This document shows positions 25,010-36,689 of a DNA stretch of 64,000 bases, in pieces. The DNA lies in NCBI GenBank assembly GCA_030704665.1, contig JAUYID010000009.1, positions 458,460 through 522,459 on the forward strand, in the 5' to 3' direction. Both the position numbers and the translations under genes were made by a program. The notes under the pieces were generated by a model that was not told the origin of the DNA, ran no database searches, and worked only from the letters and a program-made list of their open reading frames with translations. Source of the DNA: a bacterium (lineage in GTDB: Bacteria; Patescibacteriota; Microgenomatia; Woykebacterales; RBG-16-39-9b). Position 1 is the first letter of the stretch; each line of letters opens with the position of its first letter.

Positions 25010-27505
25010 TTATTTTTCTGCTTTTGTCTCGGGAGTCTCTTGTTTTTCGACTGCTTTCTTCACCAAAGTAACTGCGGCAATATAATCTTCTTTTTTGGAA
25101 AGGCGCATGAGGATTACTCCCTGAGTCTGACGAGTTAGGGTGGGAAGATCTTTGACCGGCAGTTTGATCACTTGCCCAGCCTTGGAAGTGATGATCAGGT
25201 CTTGGCTACCCCCACCCATGATTTTCGCGGCCATGACCGAGCCATTGCGGGTGGCAATTTCCGCTGCTTTGACGCCAGACCCAGCTCTCCCCTGCAAGGG
25301 CCAATCAGAAACTTTACTTTTTTTGCCGAAACCTTTTTCGGTAACGACGAGTAGAAATTCGTTATCCCCGGCTTTGTCAGTAGAAATGACATGGTCTTCC
25401 TTGGAGAGTTTGATACCACGTACTCCGGCAGTGGGTCGGCCCATGGGCCGGACGTCCTTTTCATTGAAACGGATTGACATACCTTTTTTGGTAACCATGA
25501 GGATGTTGTTCTTCCCACTAGTTACATTGACAAAGGAGAGCTCGTCTCCGCCTCCAAGGTTGATCGCAATCATCCCGTTGCGGCGGATATTGGCAAATTC
25601 AGTCAGGGCAGTCTTTTTGACCACCCCCATTTTTGTGGCCATGAAAAGAAAGCTGCCAGCAACATTTTTTGGTGCTGCCAGTATTGAGGTAATTTGCTCG
25701 CCTTGTTCAATATTGATCAAATTGACCACGGCCTGACCTTTGGCCGCGCGCGAGCCTTCGGGAAGCTCATAAACTTTGATCTGAAAAACTCGACCTTTGT
25801 TCGTAAAAAACATGATGTTGTCATGGGTATTGGCAGTAAAAATGTCGGCAACTGCATCCTCGTCCTTCATAGCGACTCCGGCGACACCTTTGCCTCCTCG
25901 GCCCTGGGTGCGGAAGGTATCTAGTGGGCTGCGCTTGATATAACCCGTTTCGGTGACAGTGACAATGACATCTTCAGCAGGGATGAGATCCTCTTCGGAA
26001 AAATCCCCGACCGCTTGTTTGTAAACTCGAGTTCTCCGCTCATCCCCGTACTTATCTTTAATTTCCTTCAGCTCAGTTTCAATGACCCCCAAAATTTTCT
26101 TTGGTGAAGCAAGCAGCTCCTCCAGCTCTTTGATCAATTTTTGAATAGCTGTGTACTCGTCTTCGATTTTCTTTCTCTCGAGAGCTGCCAGACGGCGCAG
26201 CTGCATGTCGAGAATTGCCTGAGCTTGCAGTTCTGAGAGTTTGAAAAGCTCCATCAAATTGGTCTTGGCCTTATCAGCATCTGGGGACTCTCTGATGGTC
26301 TTGATGACAGCATCGAGATGATCAAGGGCAATTTTCAATCCTTCGAGGATATGAGCGCGAGCCTTGGCAGCATCAAGATCAAACTGAGTGCGGCGAGTAA
26401 CGATATTTTGGCGATGCCGAATGTATTCTGTCAAAATTTGCTTCAAAGTCAAAACCTGAGGAGTACCGTCAACTAAAGCCACAGTGTTGACGTTAAAAGC
26501 AAGCTGCATACTAGTATATTTATAAAGTTGGTTGAGGATATATTGTGGCCGGCCGTCTCTCTTCAGTTCAACCACCATGCGCATTCCGTCTCGATCCGAC
26601 TCGTCGCGGAGATCAGAGATTCCTTCAAGTTTTTTGTCCTTAACTAGGTCCGCGATTCTAGCAATAAGCAAAGCTTTGTTGACCTGGTAAGGTAGTTCAG
26701 AAACGATAATATTGAAGCGTCCGCCTTTTTCTTCCTCGATTTCCGCTTTAGCCCGCATGACAATTTTGCCTTTACCGGTGGCGTAGGCTGCCATGATCTC
26801 ATTAATATCAAAAATTGCCCCACCAGTAGGAAAGTCGGGTCCTTTGATAAATTTCATCAGATCTTCAACGTTTGCCTGCGGGTTGTTGATTAAATGAGTG
26901 ATCGCGTCACAAACCTCGTTGAGGTTGTGCGGCGGAATGTTGGTTGCCATTCCCACGGCAATTCCTGAGCTACCCATCAGCAAAAGGTTTGGTAGTTTAG
27001 CTGGCAGGCGGACTGGTTCTTTTCTAGTACCATCAAAGTTTTCCACCCAGTCAACCGTGTTTTTTTCAATGTCTTCAAGCAACTCATCGGCAATAGCAGC
27101 CAGGCGGGCTTCGGTGTAGCGCATGGCGGCCGGTGGGTCGCCGTCGACACTACCGAAATTTCCTTGACCATCGACTAGCGGGTAGCGCATCGCGAAATCT
27201 TGAGCGAGACGAACCATGGCATCATAAACCGCTGTATCCCCGTGAGGATGATACTTACCCAAAACTTCTCCTACTACAGTGGCACTCTTGCGATACTTGG
27301 CTGGGTAATTCAGGCCCAGTTCCTTCATAGCATAAAGAATGCGTCGATGGACTGGTTTGAGACCGTCTCGAACATCCGGAAGAGCTCGGGCGACAATGAC
27401 ACTCATCGCGTAGTCAAGGTAAGAACGCTGCATTTCGTCAACGATCTCAACAGTTTGCAACTCGCCGATATCAAATTTTTCTATTTCGAGTTCTTCGTCA
27501 GCCAT
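25010..27505 (-). CDS. gyrA: DNA gyrase subunit A
   Basis: YHPHGD, AAMRYTE, GyrA-box QGRGGKG. Confidence 0.98.
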   Translation of the reverse strand: MADEELEIEKFDIGELQTVEIVDEMQRSYLDYAMSVIVARALPDVRDGLKPVHRRILYAMKELGLNYPAKYRKSATVVGEVLGKYHPHGDTAVYDAMVRLAQDFAMRYPLVDGQGNFGSVDGDPPAAMRYTEARLAAIADELLEDIEKNTVDWVENFDGTRKEPVRLPAKLPNLLLMGSSGIAVGMATNIPPHNLNEVCDAITHLINNPQANVEDLMKFIKGPDFPTGGAIFDINEIMAAYATGKGKIVMRAKAEIEEEKGGRFNIIVSELPYQVNKALLIARIADLVKDKKLEGISDLRDESDRDGMRMVVELKRDGRPQYILNQLYKYTSMQLAFNVNTVALVDGTPQVLTLKQILTEYIRHRQNIVTRRTQFDLDAAKARAHILEGLKIALDHLDAVIKTIRESPDADKAKTNLMELFKLSELQAQAILDMQLRRLAALERKKIEDEYTAIQKLIKELEELLASPKKILGVIETELKEIKDKYGDERRTRVYKQAVGDFSEEDLIPAEDVIVTVTETGYIKRSPLDTFRTQGRGGKGVAGVAMKDEDAVADIFTANTHDNIMFFTNKGRVFQIKVYELPEGSRAAKGQAVVNLINIEQGEQITSILAAPKNVAGSFLFMATKMGVVKKTALTEFANIRRNGMIAINLGGGDELSFVNVTSGKNNILMVTKKGMSIRFNEKDVRPMGRPTAGVRGIKLSKEDHVISTDKAGDNEFLLVVTEKGFGKKSKVSDWPLQGRAGSGVKAAEIATRNGSVMAAKIMGGGSQDLIITSKAGQVIKLPVKDLPTLTRQTQGVILMRLSKKEDYIAAVTLVKKAVEKQETPETKAEK

Positions 27506-27507
27506 AA

Positions 27508-29445
27508 TTAAATATCAAGGGTGGCAAATTTTGCCCGACTTTGAATAAACTTCTTCCTTGGGGGTACTTCATCACCCATGAGCATGTTAAAAACCTCATC
27601 AGCGGTTGCAGCATCTTCAATATTCACTTTTTTTAGCAAGCGGTGGTTGGGATTCATCGTAGTTTCCCAAAGCTGTTCTGCGTTCATCTCACCGAGACCC
27701 TTGTAGCGTTGAATACTGACCGCTCGAGACTCTTTTTTATGCTCGGAAACGAGTTTGTCTTTTTCCCCATCGTTGTAAGCGTAAAAGTCCTCTTTCCCAA
27801 AAGTGAGTTTGTACAAAGGCGGACAGGCAATATAAAGGTAACCTTTTTCAATCACTTGGGGCATGTAGCGGAAAAAGAAAGTAAAGAGCAGTGTTCGTAT
27901 GTGTTCCCCATCGACATCGGCATCGGTCATCAGAATGACCCGGTGGTAACGTACTTTCTCGATATTGAAGGTATCCCCAATTCCAGCGCCAAGAGCAATG
28001 ATAAGATCCTTGATTTCTTCAAACTGGATGACTCGGTCCAGGCGCGCCCGTTCCGTGTTAAGAATTTTTCCGCCCAAGGGTAAAATCGCCTGAAATTTAC
28101 GATCACGACCCTGTTTGGCAGTTCCGGCGGCTGAATCTCCTTCAACGATATAGAGTTCTGATTCGGAAGGTTCGCGGCTCTGACAGTCAGCCAGTTTTCC
28201 TGGCAAGGTCATCCCTTCAAGAGCCCCTTTTCTGATGACTGCATCCTTAGCTGCCTTGGCGGCTAGTCTTGCTTTGGCAGCCAGAACAATTTTTTCCATG
28301 ATCCGGCGCGCTTCACTTGGGTTTTCCTCAAAAAAGATTTCGAGTTTTTCTCTGACCGCAGAGTTCACAATTGGCTGGATCTCGGCATTGCCCAATTTGG
28401 ATTTGGTTTGCCCTTCAAACTCAATCTTATCCGAGTTCATTTTGATAGTAACTACCGCAGTCAGTCCTTCACGAACGTCCTCACCAGTCAAACCTTCCTC
28501 GTTTTCCTTTACTGCTCCAATTTTGCGCGCATAATCATTGATTGCCCTGGTCAAAGCCATGCGAAACCCAGTCAGGTGGGTTCCCCCCTCAATGGTGTTG
28601 ATGACATTGGCGAAAGACTCAACTGTTTCGGTGAAAGAGTCGCTGTACTGAATGGCGACATCGACAAAAACTTCGCTGACCTCCTTTTTGATAGTGATCG
28701 GCTGGTGCAGAGGGACTTTGTTTTTGTTCAAATGGGCAACTAGAGAAGTGATTCCCCCTTCAAAATAAAAGTTCTTGGCTGTCTCAGTACGAGCATCAAA
28801 AAGAGAAAAGGCTAGTCCGGCAACCAAATAGGCCCTTTCGCGAATTTGCTTTTCTAAAATGTGAAAATCAAGTTCGAGGGTCGAAAAAATTTCCTTGTCC
28901 GCTAGAAAAGTTGAGGCGGTTCCGGTGTTGAGATTGTCCCAAACCTCCTTGGTTTTCCCTATAAATTTTGTCGTAGAGATGACTTCGACTGGTTTGAGCG
29001 CCCCACCTCTGCGGTAGTCCTGGTGAAAGATTTTTCCATCTCGACGCACTTCGACCTCCATTTCGGCTGACAGAGCGTTGACGACGCTAGCTCCAACTCC
29101 GTGCAGTCCTCCGGAAACTTTATAACCCTCTCCACCAAATTTACCCCCGGCATGCAAATAAGTCATAGCTACTTCCAGAGCGCTTTTTTTGGCAGTCGGG
29201 TGCATCTCAGTTGGGATACCACGGCCGTTGTCGATCACAGTTACTCGGCTGTCGTCATGAAGAAAAACCCAGATTTTGCTGGCGTGACCGGCCAAAGCTT
29301 CATCGACAGAGTTGTCAACGATCTCAGTAACGAGATGATGCAAACCTCTTTGGTCGGTTGAACCAATATACATACCCGGTCGTTTTCTGACCGGTTCGAG
29401 ACCCTCGAGAACCTGAATATCTTTTGCGGAATATTTGCTCGCCAT
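27508..29445 (-). CDS. gyrB: DNA gyrase subunit B
   Basis: [20 protein letters not shown]. Confidence 0.98.
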   Translation of the reverse strand: MASKYSAKDIQVLEGLEPVRKRPGMYIGSTDQRGLHHLVTEIVDNSVDEALAGHASKIWVFLHDDSRVTVIDNGRGIPTEMHPTAKKSALEVAMTYLHAGGKFGGEGYKVSGGLHGVGASVVNALSAEMEVEVRRDGKIFHQDYRRGGALKPVEVISTTKFIGKTKEVWDNLNTGTASTFLADKEIFSTLELDFHILEKQIRERAYLVAGLAFSLFDARTETAKNFYFEGGITSLVAHLNKNKVPLHQPITIKKEVSEVFVDVAIQYSDSFTETVESFANVINTIEGGTHLTGFRMALTRAINDYARKIGAVKENEEGLTGEDVREGLTAVVTIKMNSDKIEFEGQTKSKLGNAEIQPIVNSAVREKLEIFFEENPSEARRIMEKIVLAAKARLAAKAAKDAVIRKGALEGMTLPGKLADCQSREPSESELYIVEGDSAAGTAKQGRDRKFQAILPLGGKILNTERARLDRVIQFEEIKDLIIALGAGIGDTFNIEKVRYHRVILMTDADVDGEHIRTLLFTFFFRYMPQVIEKGYLYIACPPLYKLTFGKEDFYAYNDGEKDKLVSEHKKESRAVSIQRYKGLGEMNAEQLWETTMNPNHRLLKKVNIEDAATADEVFNMLMGDEVPPRKKFIQSRAKFATLDI

Positions 29446-29614
29446 AAATAAAAAAGAATTACGAATTTAGAATGCAGAATTCAGAAAGGGAAAAGGGAAA
29501 GAACAATCCTGAACTCTGAACTCTTAATTATTAATCCAGCCTTACCATTCTAGCAAACAAGGTAGGGATAATGCAAGGAAATTTGAATTCAGGCGGAAGT
29601 TTATGCTTGTCCTC

Positions 29615-30250
29615 TCAGTCTAAATTTGGTACGTCCAAGATGAGGTTGATTTTAGCCAGTTTTGGACTTGCTCTTTTGAGCAAAAACTCCTTGGTTTTCT
29701 GAATTTTCCTTAAATACTGAATGATTTGGGGCAGGCTTTTTCTTCCAAGATTGGAAAGAAGAACTTCTCTCCAGAGACTTTCCCACTCTTCTAGATCTAG
29801 GTTTTCAGCAAAGTCGATTTTTGAAGCCAAAGTCCTCCTTCCGAACTGCAAAAGCCCTTGCAACCTTTCCTCTGCGATTTCTATTTTTGGTAATCCCAGA
29901 TCAAGTTTTTGGCAGCGTGAACTTAAGGTAGCCAGGACGGAAAATTCACTTGGGGCAGTGAGAATGACTTGGCTAGTTGAAGACGGTTCCTCTAGGGTTT
30001 TGAGAAAAAGATTTTGAGCTTCATGGCTCAAATTTTGAGCCTCAAGAACAACTGCGCTGGTTAGCTTACTGTTGAAAGGTTTTTTGGCAAGTTTGCCGAG
30101 AAGGTCACGTACTTTTTCGATGCCTGGGTCTTCCTCTGTGTCGAGAATTAAAGTGTCAAACTGGCTTGAGTTCTCGCCGGCCTTTTTGGCAGCTGACTCA
30201 ACCCTTTTGTCTTGAGTTGCGCCCGAGATAAGCAAAGAGTGTTGTTGCAT
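29615..30250 (-). CDS. Short DNA polymerase III delta'-like clamp-loader subunit
   Basis: AQNLFLKTLEEP, TLSSRC; degenerate P-loop. Confidence 0.7.
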   Translation of the reverse strand: MQQHSLLISGATQDKRVESAAKKAGENSSQFDTLILDTEEDPGIEKVRDLLGKLAKKPFNSKLTSAVVLEAQNLSHEAQNLFLKTLEEPSSTSQVILTAPSEFSVLATLSSRCQKLDLGLPKIEIAEERLQGLLQFGRRTLASKIDFAENLDLEEWESLWREVLLSNLGRKSLPQIIQYLRKIQKTKEFLLKRASPKLAKINLILDVPNLD

Positions 30251-30398
30251 CAGCTCTACATTATAACTATCAAAGGGCAGATATCAATTGACATTGCTGC
30301 GGATAAGACTATAAAATGAATTAACGCCTGCTACTACTTTGTTAGAGAAGTTTTCTGCCCCTTTCTCAAGGGCAATTCCAAGCAGGTTCGCCTTTGAA

Positions 30399-32168
30399 AT
30401 GGAACAAACTGACGAAAAAGGTATAGAAGACATTTTGGCCTCAAAAGGAAAGCTAACTGCCGATAAACTTTCGCTAGTGAAACTTGAGGCGATTAACACC
30501 GGCAAGCCGGTTGAAGATGTCATTTTGGAACACAAATTTGCTACTAGCGATGACATTATTGCGGCTCGTGGTGAGCTGCTTGATATCCCCTTTGTTGACC
30601 CAAACAAAAAACCAATTTCTGCTGAAGTCCTCAGTCTCCTTCCAGAACCAGTTGCTCGGCGCTACACTTTGATTCCGATAGATTTTGATAAAACCACCAA
30701 CCAACTTTCTGTTGCAATGGCTGACCCGCTTGATTTGCAGGTAACTGAGTTTGTCGAGAGGAAAAGCGGCACAATTGTTAAGCCGTTTATTTCGACCAAA
30801 GAATTGATCAATCAGGCAATAGCTGATCAATACTCCCAGAATTTGACCACAGAAGTGACGGCTGCTCTCGAAGAGCAAGGTACGGTTCAAGCCAAAGAAG
30901 AGCTTAAGGATTTGAGTAAGGTTGAAGAGGTGATCAAGGAAGCTCCGGTGGCAAAAATCGTCTCCACCCTTCTTGAGTACGCTATGAAAGGTGGGGCTAG
31001 TGATATCCACATTGAGCCACTGGAAGACAAGACGCGTGTCCGCTACCGAATTGACGGGGTTTTGCTGGAAAGACTGGTCTTGCCCCGGAAAGTTCATGAA
31101 GCTTTGGTGAGCCGAGTCAAGATCCTTTCGGCTTTGAAAATTGATGAAAAAAGAATCCCCCAGGATGGTCGTTTCACTTTTAGGCTTGGTGAGCAGTCAG
31201 TTGACTTACGTATTTCCACTTTGCCGACAGTTCACGGAGAAAAAATTGTCATGCGACTTTTGCCCAAAGCCGCTTCTGCCCCAACTCTACAGGACTTAGG
31301 TTTGCGGGGTACAGCTCTTAAAGTTTTTGAGGATAATATTCAAAGGCCACACGGAATTATTCTGATCACCGGACCAACTGGTTCGGGAAAGACAACCACT
31401 TTGTTCTCGGCCTTATCAAAAATAAATTCCCCCAAAGTTAATATTGTGACGCTGGAAGATCCAGTTGAATACCAGATTCCTGGGGTAAACCAAGTTCAAA
31501 TTAACCCCGTGGCCGGATTAACCTTTGCCTCTGGTTTGCGCAGTTTTCTGCGCCAGGATCCAAATATAATCATGGTTGGTGAGATCAGAGATGCTGAAAC
31601 TGCTGAGCTGGCGATTCAAGCGGCTCTGACGGGACACTTGGTTTTCTCGACTTTGCATACAAACTCTTCGGCTGGAGCTCTACCGCGACTTTTGGAAATG
31701 GGTAGTGAAACCTTTTTGCTGGCTTCCTCGATGAGTGCAGTTGTGGCTCAGCGGGTTTGTAGGAAAATTTGTGTTGCTTGTAAGGAAAGCTATGACCCCC
31801 CGACTCCAATCAAGGACGATCTCAAAAAAGTTTTGGGAAATTTGGTGGATGGTGTGGCTGCGGGTAAGCTTTCTCAGGAAGAAGAGGCGGACGTGGAAGA
31901 AGTTCAAGGTAAAAAGAAGCTTGTGCTCTACCGTGGCAAAGGGTGTGACAAATGTGGGGATTCAGGCTACAAAGGTCGGGTCGGAATTTTTGAGGTTTTG
32001 CCTGTGACTGATCAAATTGGGAAATTGATTTTGGAGCGCTCCCCTTCGACAAAAATTGAGGAAATGGCTGTTGATCAAGGAATGGTGACGATGAAACAGG
32101 ACGGTTATCTCAAATCAATTGAGGGTTTGACTACGATTGAGGAAGTCTTGAGGGTCGCTCAAGAATGA
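30399..32168 (+). CDS. pilB: Type IV pilus assembly ATPase
   Basis: GPTGSGKTT, LRQDPN, Zn-binding CxxC pairs. Confidence 0.95.
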   Translation: MEQTDEKGIEDILASKGKLTADKLSLVKLEAINTGKPVEDVILEHKFATSDDIIAARGELLDIPFVDPNKKPISAEVLSLLPEPVARRYTLIPIDFDKTTNQLSVAMADPLDLQVTEFVERKSGTIVKPFISTKELINQAIADQYSQNLTTEVTAALEEQGTVQAKEELKDLSKVEEVIKEAPVAKIVSTLLEYAMKGGASDIHIEPLEDKTRVRYRIDGVLLERLVLPRKVHEALVSRVKILSALKIDEKRIPQDGRFTFRLGEQSVDLRISTLPTVHGEKIVMRLLPKAASAPTLQDLGLRGTALKVFEDNIQRPHGIILITGPTGSGKTTTLFSALSKINSPKVNIVTLEDPVEYQIPGVNQVQINPVAGLTFASGLRSFLRQDPNIIMVGEIRDAETAELAIQAALTGHLVFSTLHTNSSAGALPRLLEMGSETFLLASSMSAVVAQRVCRKICVACKESYDPPTPIKDDLKKVLGNLVDGVAAGKLSQEEEADVEEVQGKKKLVLYRGKGCDKCGDSGYKGRVGIFEVLPVTDQIGKLILERSPSTKIEEMAVDQGMVTMKQDGYLKSIEGLTTIEEVLRVAQE

Positions 32169-32265
32169 TTTTAGTTTGCGACAAGGAGTTAATTATATGC
32201 TGCTAGAGCACCATATAATTTCAAAACAAGTAAATTTATAATTAGAAAGAAGGAATTTTGAAATT

Positions 32266-33333
32266 ATGGAAATTCAAGAATTATTAGAAGAAGCACTACG
32301 TCGCGGGGCCTCAGATGTCCACCTGATGGTGGGTGCCTACCCAACTTTGCGAATTGATGGGGCTTTGGTACCAGTCACCAAGGGACCGAACCCAACACCA
32401 GAGGTGGTTGAAAAACTGGTCCTTTCTTTGACTTCGCCAGAGCAGAAGGAGCTGCTTTTAACCAATAAAGAAATTGATTTTTCTTTTGCTCTAGGAGAAA
32501 TCGCCCGTTTTCGTGTCAACGCTTTTTATCAAAAAGGCTACTTGTCAGCCGCTCTGCGTTTGATTCCCTCCAAAATTCCGAGCCTTTCGGAACTGCACCT
32601 GCCGAAAGTTTTGGGGAATTTTTCAAAATTGCGCCAGGGTTTTATTTTGATGACTGGTCCGACAGGACACGGAAAATCGACTTCGATCGCCTCGATTATC
32701 AATGAAATCAATGAAAACCGCTCTGCCCATATCGTGACGATTGAGGATCCGATTGAGTACGTTTACCCGTCTAGGAAATCCCTGATCGCCCAGAGGGAAA
32801 TGCATTTGGATACACACAGTTGGGAAATTGCACTCCGCTCTGTTTTACGTGAGGATCCTGATGTAGTTTTGATCGGAGAAATGCGAGACTACGAAACAAT
32901 TGAGGCGGCGCTAACTATTGCTGAAACTGGACACCTAGTTTTTGCCACCTTGCACACCAACTCAGCCGCTCAAAGTATTGATCGTATCGTTGGGGTCTTT
33001 CCGGAAAATCAACAAGAACAGGTCCGCCAACAACTTTCTCAAGTCTTGGAGGCGATTGTTTCAATGAGGCTGATACCAGGTGCAAGCAGTGGCCGTTGGC
33101 CGGCGGTAGAGATTTTGCTTGCCAACTCCGCGGTCCGCAACGTCATCCGAGAAGGAAAGTCGCATTTGATCGACAATATCATCCAGACCTCAACTGGAAT
33201 TGGGATGGTGATGATGGATAGTTCTTTGGCTGATCTAGTCCGCTCCAACAAGATTACTTTGGAAGTAGCCCAAAGCTTTAGTTTGCGACCCGAAGAGTTG
33301 ATGAGGGAGCTAAAAAAAGTGACGAAAGAATGA
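32266..33333 (+). CDS. pilT: Type IV pilus retraction ATPase
   Basis: GPTGHGKST, LREDPD, VRNVIREGK. Confidence 0.95.
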   Translation: MEIQELLEEALRRGASDVHLMVGAYPTLRIDGALVPVTKGPNPTPEVVEKLVLSLTSPEQKELLLTNKEIDFSFALGEIARFRVNAFYQKGYLSAALRLIPSKIPSLSELHLPKVLGNFSKLRQGFILMTGPTGHGKSTSIASIINEINENRSAHIVTIEDPIEYVYPSRKSLIAQREMHLDTHSWEIALRSVLREDPDVVLIGEMRDYETIEAALTIAETGHLVFATLHTNSAAQSIDRIVGVFPENQQEQVRQQLSQVLEAIVSMRLIPGASSGRWPAVEILLANSAVRNVIREGKSHLIDNIIQTSTGIGMVMMDSSLADLVRSNKITLEVAQSFSLRPEELMRELKKVTKE

Positions 33334-33341
33334 AAATCTAA

Positions 33342-34538
33342 ATGGAACAATATACGTACTTAGTTAAAGACGACAAAGGCCTAACCAAACAAGGCATTAT
33401 TGAGGCAGCTGATCCTCGGGCTGCTAGTGCGATTCTCCATGAACGTGGTTTTGTCGTCATCAGCATCGAGGAAAAAAGCAAAGCCCTCGCTTTTAGCTTC
33501 TTCAAAGGGGTTAGTCTTTCCGTGCAGGCCAACTTTACTCGTCAACTGGCGACAATGATCACTTCGGGACTGCCTTTGAGTGATTCTTTAGTGGTACTGA
33601 AAAAACAAACTGAAAATCAAAAAATGCTAGAAATTATCACCAATATTGCCGATGATATCCAGGCTGGTAGTACTTTTTCTGCTGCTCTGGCCAAACATGC
33701 CGACGTTTTCTCAGCCGCCTACATAAATATTGTCAAAGCTGGTGAAGCCTCAGGTACTCTGGACAAAGTTTTGCAGGACCTTGCCGACAATCTTGAGAAA
33801 GAAAGAGAGTTTCAGGGTAAAGTAAAAGGAGCCTTTGTTTATCCAGTGATTATTTTGATCGCTATGGCTCTGGTGACGGGCATAATTATGATTTTTGTGG
33901 TGCCAAAGCTGACCGATCTTTATGTTGGTTTGAATATTTCTCTTCCTCTACCGACTTTAATTTTGATTGGACTGAGCAAATTTTTGGCTACCTTTTGGTG
34001 GCTTTTGATTCTGGTTATTGTTGGTTTGGTGATTGCCTACCGGCGTTATCGCAGAACTCCTCAGGGAGCTCTAGTCATCGACCGGATTTTGATGCGTCTG
34101 CCGGTAATGGGTAAGCTGAACCGAGAAACCTCGTTGACCGAGCTGACACGGACTTTGGGTGCACTAGTAGCCGCCGGAGTGCCGATTTTGGAGGCCCTAA
34201 AAATTTCTGGTGAAGTGGCTACCAACGCGATTCACCGCCAAGCCGTTAAGCGCTCGGCGACTTTGGTTGAAAAAGGAGCTGCTCTTTCCAAAGCGATGGC
34301 CCAAGAACCCGAATTTCCGGCGATTTTGCCCCAAATGGTGGCTGTGGGTGAAGAAACAGGGAAAATGGATGATGTTCTCGGAAAACTGTCTCACTATTTC
34401 GAAGTTGAAGTTGAACAGCAAGTCAAAAATCTGACCACTGCTCTAGAGCCAATCATTATGGTGGTACTGGGTATCATGGTGGGGTTGCTTGTGATTTCGA
34501 TTATTCTGCCAATTTACTCGATTACCAGTGCCTTTTAA
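33342..34538 (+). CDS. pilC: Type IV pilus platform protein
   Basis: GEASGTLD, GEETGKMD, two T2SSF repeats. Confidence 0.95.
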   Translation: MEQYTYLVKDDKGLTKQGIIEAADPRAASAILHERGFVVISIEEKSKALAFSFFKGVSLSVQANFTRQLATMITSGLPLSDSLVVLKKQTENQKMLEIITNIADDIQAGSTFSAALAKHADVFSAAYINIVKAGEASGTLDKVLQDLADNLEKEREFQGKVKGAFVYPVIILIAMALVTGIIMIFVVPKLTDLYVGLNISLPLPTLILIGLSKFLATFWWLLILVIVGLVIAYRRYRRTPQGALVIDRILMRLPVMGKLNRETSLTELTRTLGALVAAGVPILEALKISGEVATNAIHRQAVKRSATLVEKGAALSKAMAQEPEFPAILPQMVAVGEETGKMDDVLGKLSHYFEVEVEQQVKNLTTALEPIIMVVLGIMVGLLVISIILPIYSITSAF

Positions 34539-34539
34539 A

Positions 34540-35091
34540 ATGGTCCTCCAAAGAGAAAGAGGCTTTTCACTACTGATAATTTTTGTCTTGCTTTTTGTTG
34601 TTGTTCTGCTTGGTTCAGTCGGTATTTATTTGATTAATCCTTTGGAAAAGCTGCGTGAAGACCGTGATCGGAAAAGAATTTCTCAACTCGATGAGTTGCA
34701 AAAGGCAGTCAAACTTTATTTGCGCAATAACCCCTCGGAAGCGAGACTCTGTGACAACTGTAGTCTCGGTCAAACAGTTTTTGCGCACCAGGGGGTCAGA
34801 ATCGGTGCCAGCGAGGCTTTGGTGATAAACTCCCAATCTGTGGGTGGCCCGGGCTGGGTACCAATTGATCTATCTCTGAACGCTGGTATTGGCAGGACTC
34901 CCCTACTTACTCTGCCGATAGATCCGCTCAACAAAGACCCGTTTGTTTATACCTTTACTCCCGGGCAGGATGGTAAGTTTAAAATTACCGCCAGTTTTGA
35001 AAGTAAGGCTTTGCTAGCAAAAATGGCGACTGACGGCGGAACCAGAGTCGATCGTTATGAGATCGGAACCGATTTATCTTTGGTTCCCTAA
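34540..35091 (+). CDS. Pilin-like protein
   Basis: RGFSLL class III-like signal lacking E5; RD..R; PIDP. Confidence 0.8.
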   Translation: MVLQRERGFSLLIIFVLLFVVVLLGSVGIYLINPLEKLREDRDRKRISQLDELQKAVKLYLRNNPSEARLCDNCSLGQTVFAHQGVRIGASEALVINSQSVGGPGWVPIDLSLNAGIGRTPLLTLPIDPLNKDPFVYTFTPGQDGKFKITASFESKALLAKMATDGGTRVDRYEIGTDLSLVP

Positions 35092-35093
35092 AA

Positions 35094-35993
35094 ATGATGA
35101 CTACAGAAATGCTTTTACTACCCTTTCTTTTTGTTTTTGGTGCTTGTATTGGCTCTTTTGTCAACGCTTTCAACTGGCGCTATACCGAAAACAAAAGCTT
35201 GCTTGGCCGTTCGCAGTGCCCCAAATGTGGTCACAAACTTTCTGCCTGGGAGCTAGTTCCTCTTGTTAGTTACTTGCTGCAGAAAGGTCGATGTTTGGCC
35301 TGCAAAAAGAAGATCTCGCCGCGCTACCCTTTGGTCGAGCTAATTTTTGCGCTAAGCTTTGTTTTTGCTGGACTTTGGCTTCTCCCCCGTCTCAACCCAG
35401 ACTTTCTCCTGCCCGTTAATGTCGGCTTTGCCATCTATACTTTCTTCATTGTTTCGGTTTTTCTCGCCCTCGCCGCCTCTGACTTGTCGTGGGGAATTAT
35501 TCCTGACCGGATTGTTTTGCCAGCGATTGCTTTCACTTTTATCTACAAAAGCCTTGATATTGCTTACCGAGCAACGACAACTTACTTTACTCTCAAAAAT
35601 GACACTGGTCTGGGACATTATTTATTGGAGAGTGGTTATTTTGGCAATTTAGTCAAGGACGATCTTTTGGGCTTGGCCGCCGCCCTTCTGCTTGGAGCGG
35701 GCATTGCCGGCTTCTTTTTGTTGTTAATTTTCTTGACCCGCGGTCGAGCCATGGGCCTGGGAGACGTCAAACTTGGTTTTCTGCTCGGCCTTGCTCTTGG
35801 TTTTCCGGCAGCTCTGGTCGGGCTAGCACTAGCTTTCTTGACAGGTGCGCTAGCCTCTGTTATGCTTATTTTAGCTAGCAAAAAGGGCTTGAAAGAGACG
35901 ATTCCTTTTGGTCCATTTTTAGCGCTAGGAGGTCTAGTTGGGCTCTTTTATGGTGACCAGTTGCTAAACCTTTACTTGAGTTTAATGAAATGA
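35094..35993 (+). CDS. pilD: Prepilin peptidase
   Basis: GSFVN, RSQCPKC, MGLGDVKL, IPFGPFL. Confidence 0.95.
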   Translation: MMTTEMLLLPFLFVFGACIGSFVNAFNWRYTENKSLLGRSQCPKCGHKLSAWELVPLVSYLLQKGRCLACKKKISPRYPLVELIFALSFVFAGLWLLPRLNPDFLLPVNVGFAIYTFFIVSVFLALAASDLSWGIIPDRIVLPAIAFTFIYKSLDIAYRATTTYFTLKNDTGLGHYLLESGYFGNLVKDDLLGLAAALLLGAGIAGFFLLLIFLTRGRAMGLGDVKLGFLLGLALGFPAALVGLALAFLTGALASVMLILASKKGLKETIPFGPFLALGGLVGLFYGDQLLNLYLSLMK

Positions 35994-36062
35994 AAATATC
36001 CTGCCCGAATTTTCCCAAGATTTCCCAAATTGAAAAAATTGGATACTTGCTGTTGAAAGGGG

Positions 36063-36608
36063 GTGAGAAACGTAATGATAGATAAACTACGTTCTCATCT
36101 TGAAGGTATGAGGGGTGCAAAGAAAGACAAAGGATTCACCTTGGTCGAGCTTTTGGTCGTCATCGCTATCATCGCAGTTTTGGTTTTGATCGTCATCGTG
36201 GCCATCAATCCAATCCAAAGACTAGCTGACGCGGCTGACAGACGGGCTTCGGCCAACGTTCGTTCGACCGGGACCCTGATTCAGACTTGTATCACTCAAC
36301 GAGCACCAACGACTAGCTCAGCAGTACTTTATTCCGCGACCGCAGGCACCGGATGTGCTGATATCGCTGCTGGAGGAACTCTTTCGACCTACGGTACTCC
36401 TGCTAATGGAGTGACCATTGAAGCTAACGCTGGTACTACAGATATTTGTGTTTCCCAGCAAGGGGCGACTAGTGGTGCGACTCCGCACTGGTACAACTAT
36501 CGAGCCTCAACCAACGGTACTCCGACTGGTGGGGTTTCGACAGCTGCTGGTTCTGTCCAGGAGCAATCCGGAACCATGCCAGGTAGTGTTGCGGGACGCT
36601 GTCCGTAA
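36063..36608 (+). CDS. Type IV pilin (probable major pilin)
   Basis: KGFTLVELLVVIAII; strong SD. Confidence 0.9.
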   Translation: MRNVMIDKLRSHLEGMRGAKKDKGFTLVELLVVIAIIAVLVLIVIVAINPIQRLADAADRRASANVRSTGTLIQTCITQRAPTTSSAVLYSATAGTGCADIAAGGTLSTYGTPANGVTIEANAGTTDICVSQQGATSGATPHWYNYRASTNGTPTGGVSTAAGSVQEQSGTMPGSVAGRCP

Positions 36609-36689
36609 TCTTGACAACTAGTTTGGTTTTGGGTAACACCCAAACTAGTGGCTATAAGCAGGAGAGGTTTGTAGTCAGCAGTTTTCAAA

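Noticed and set aside
25140-29361. Long antisense ORFs opposite gyrA/gyrB and other core genes
   Set aside because: Shadow frames produced by codon bias.
29455-29530. Heptamer repeats (GAATTAC/GAATTTA/GAATGCA/GAATTCA) with inverted partner; similar tract at 45640-45700
   Set aside because: Short degenerate intergenic repeats; not CRISPR, no spacers.
29615-30250. holB pseudogene
   Set aside because: Intact ORF; short P-loop-degenerate delta'-like proteins are common in CPR.
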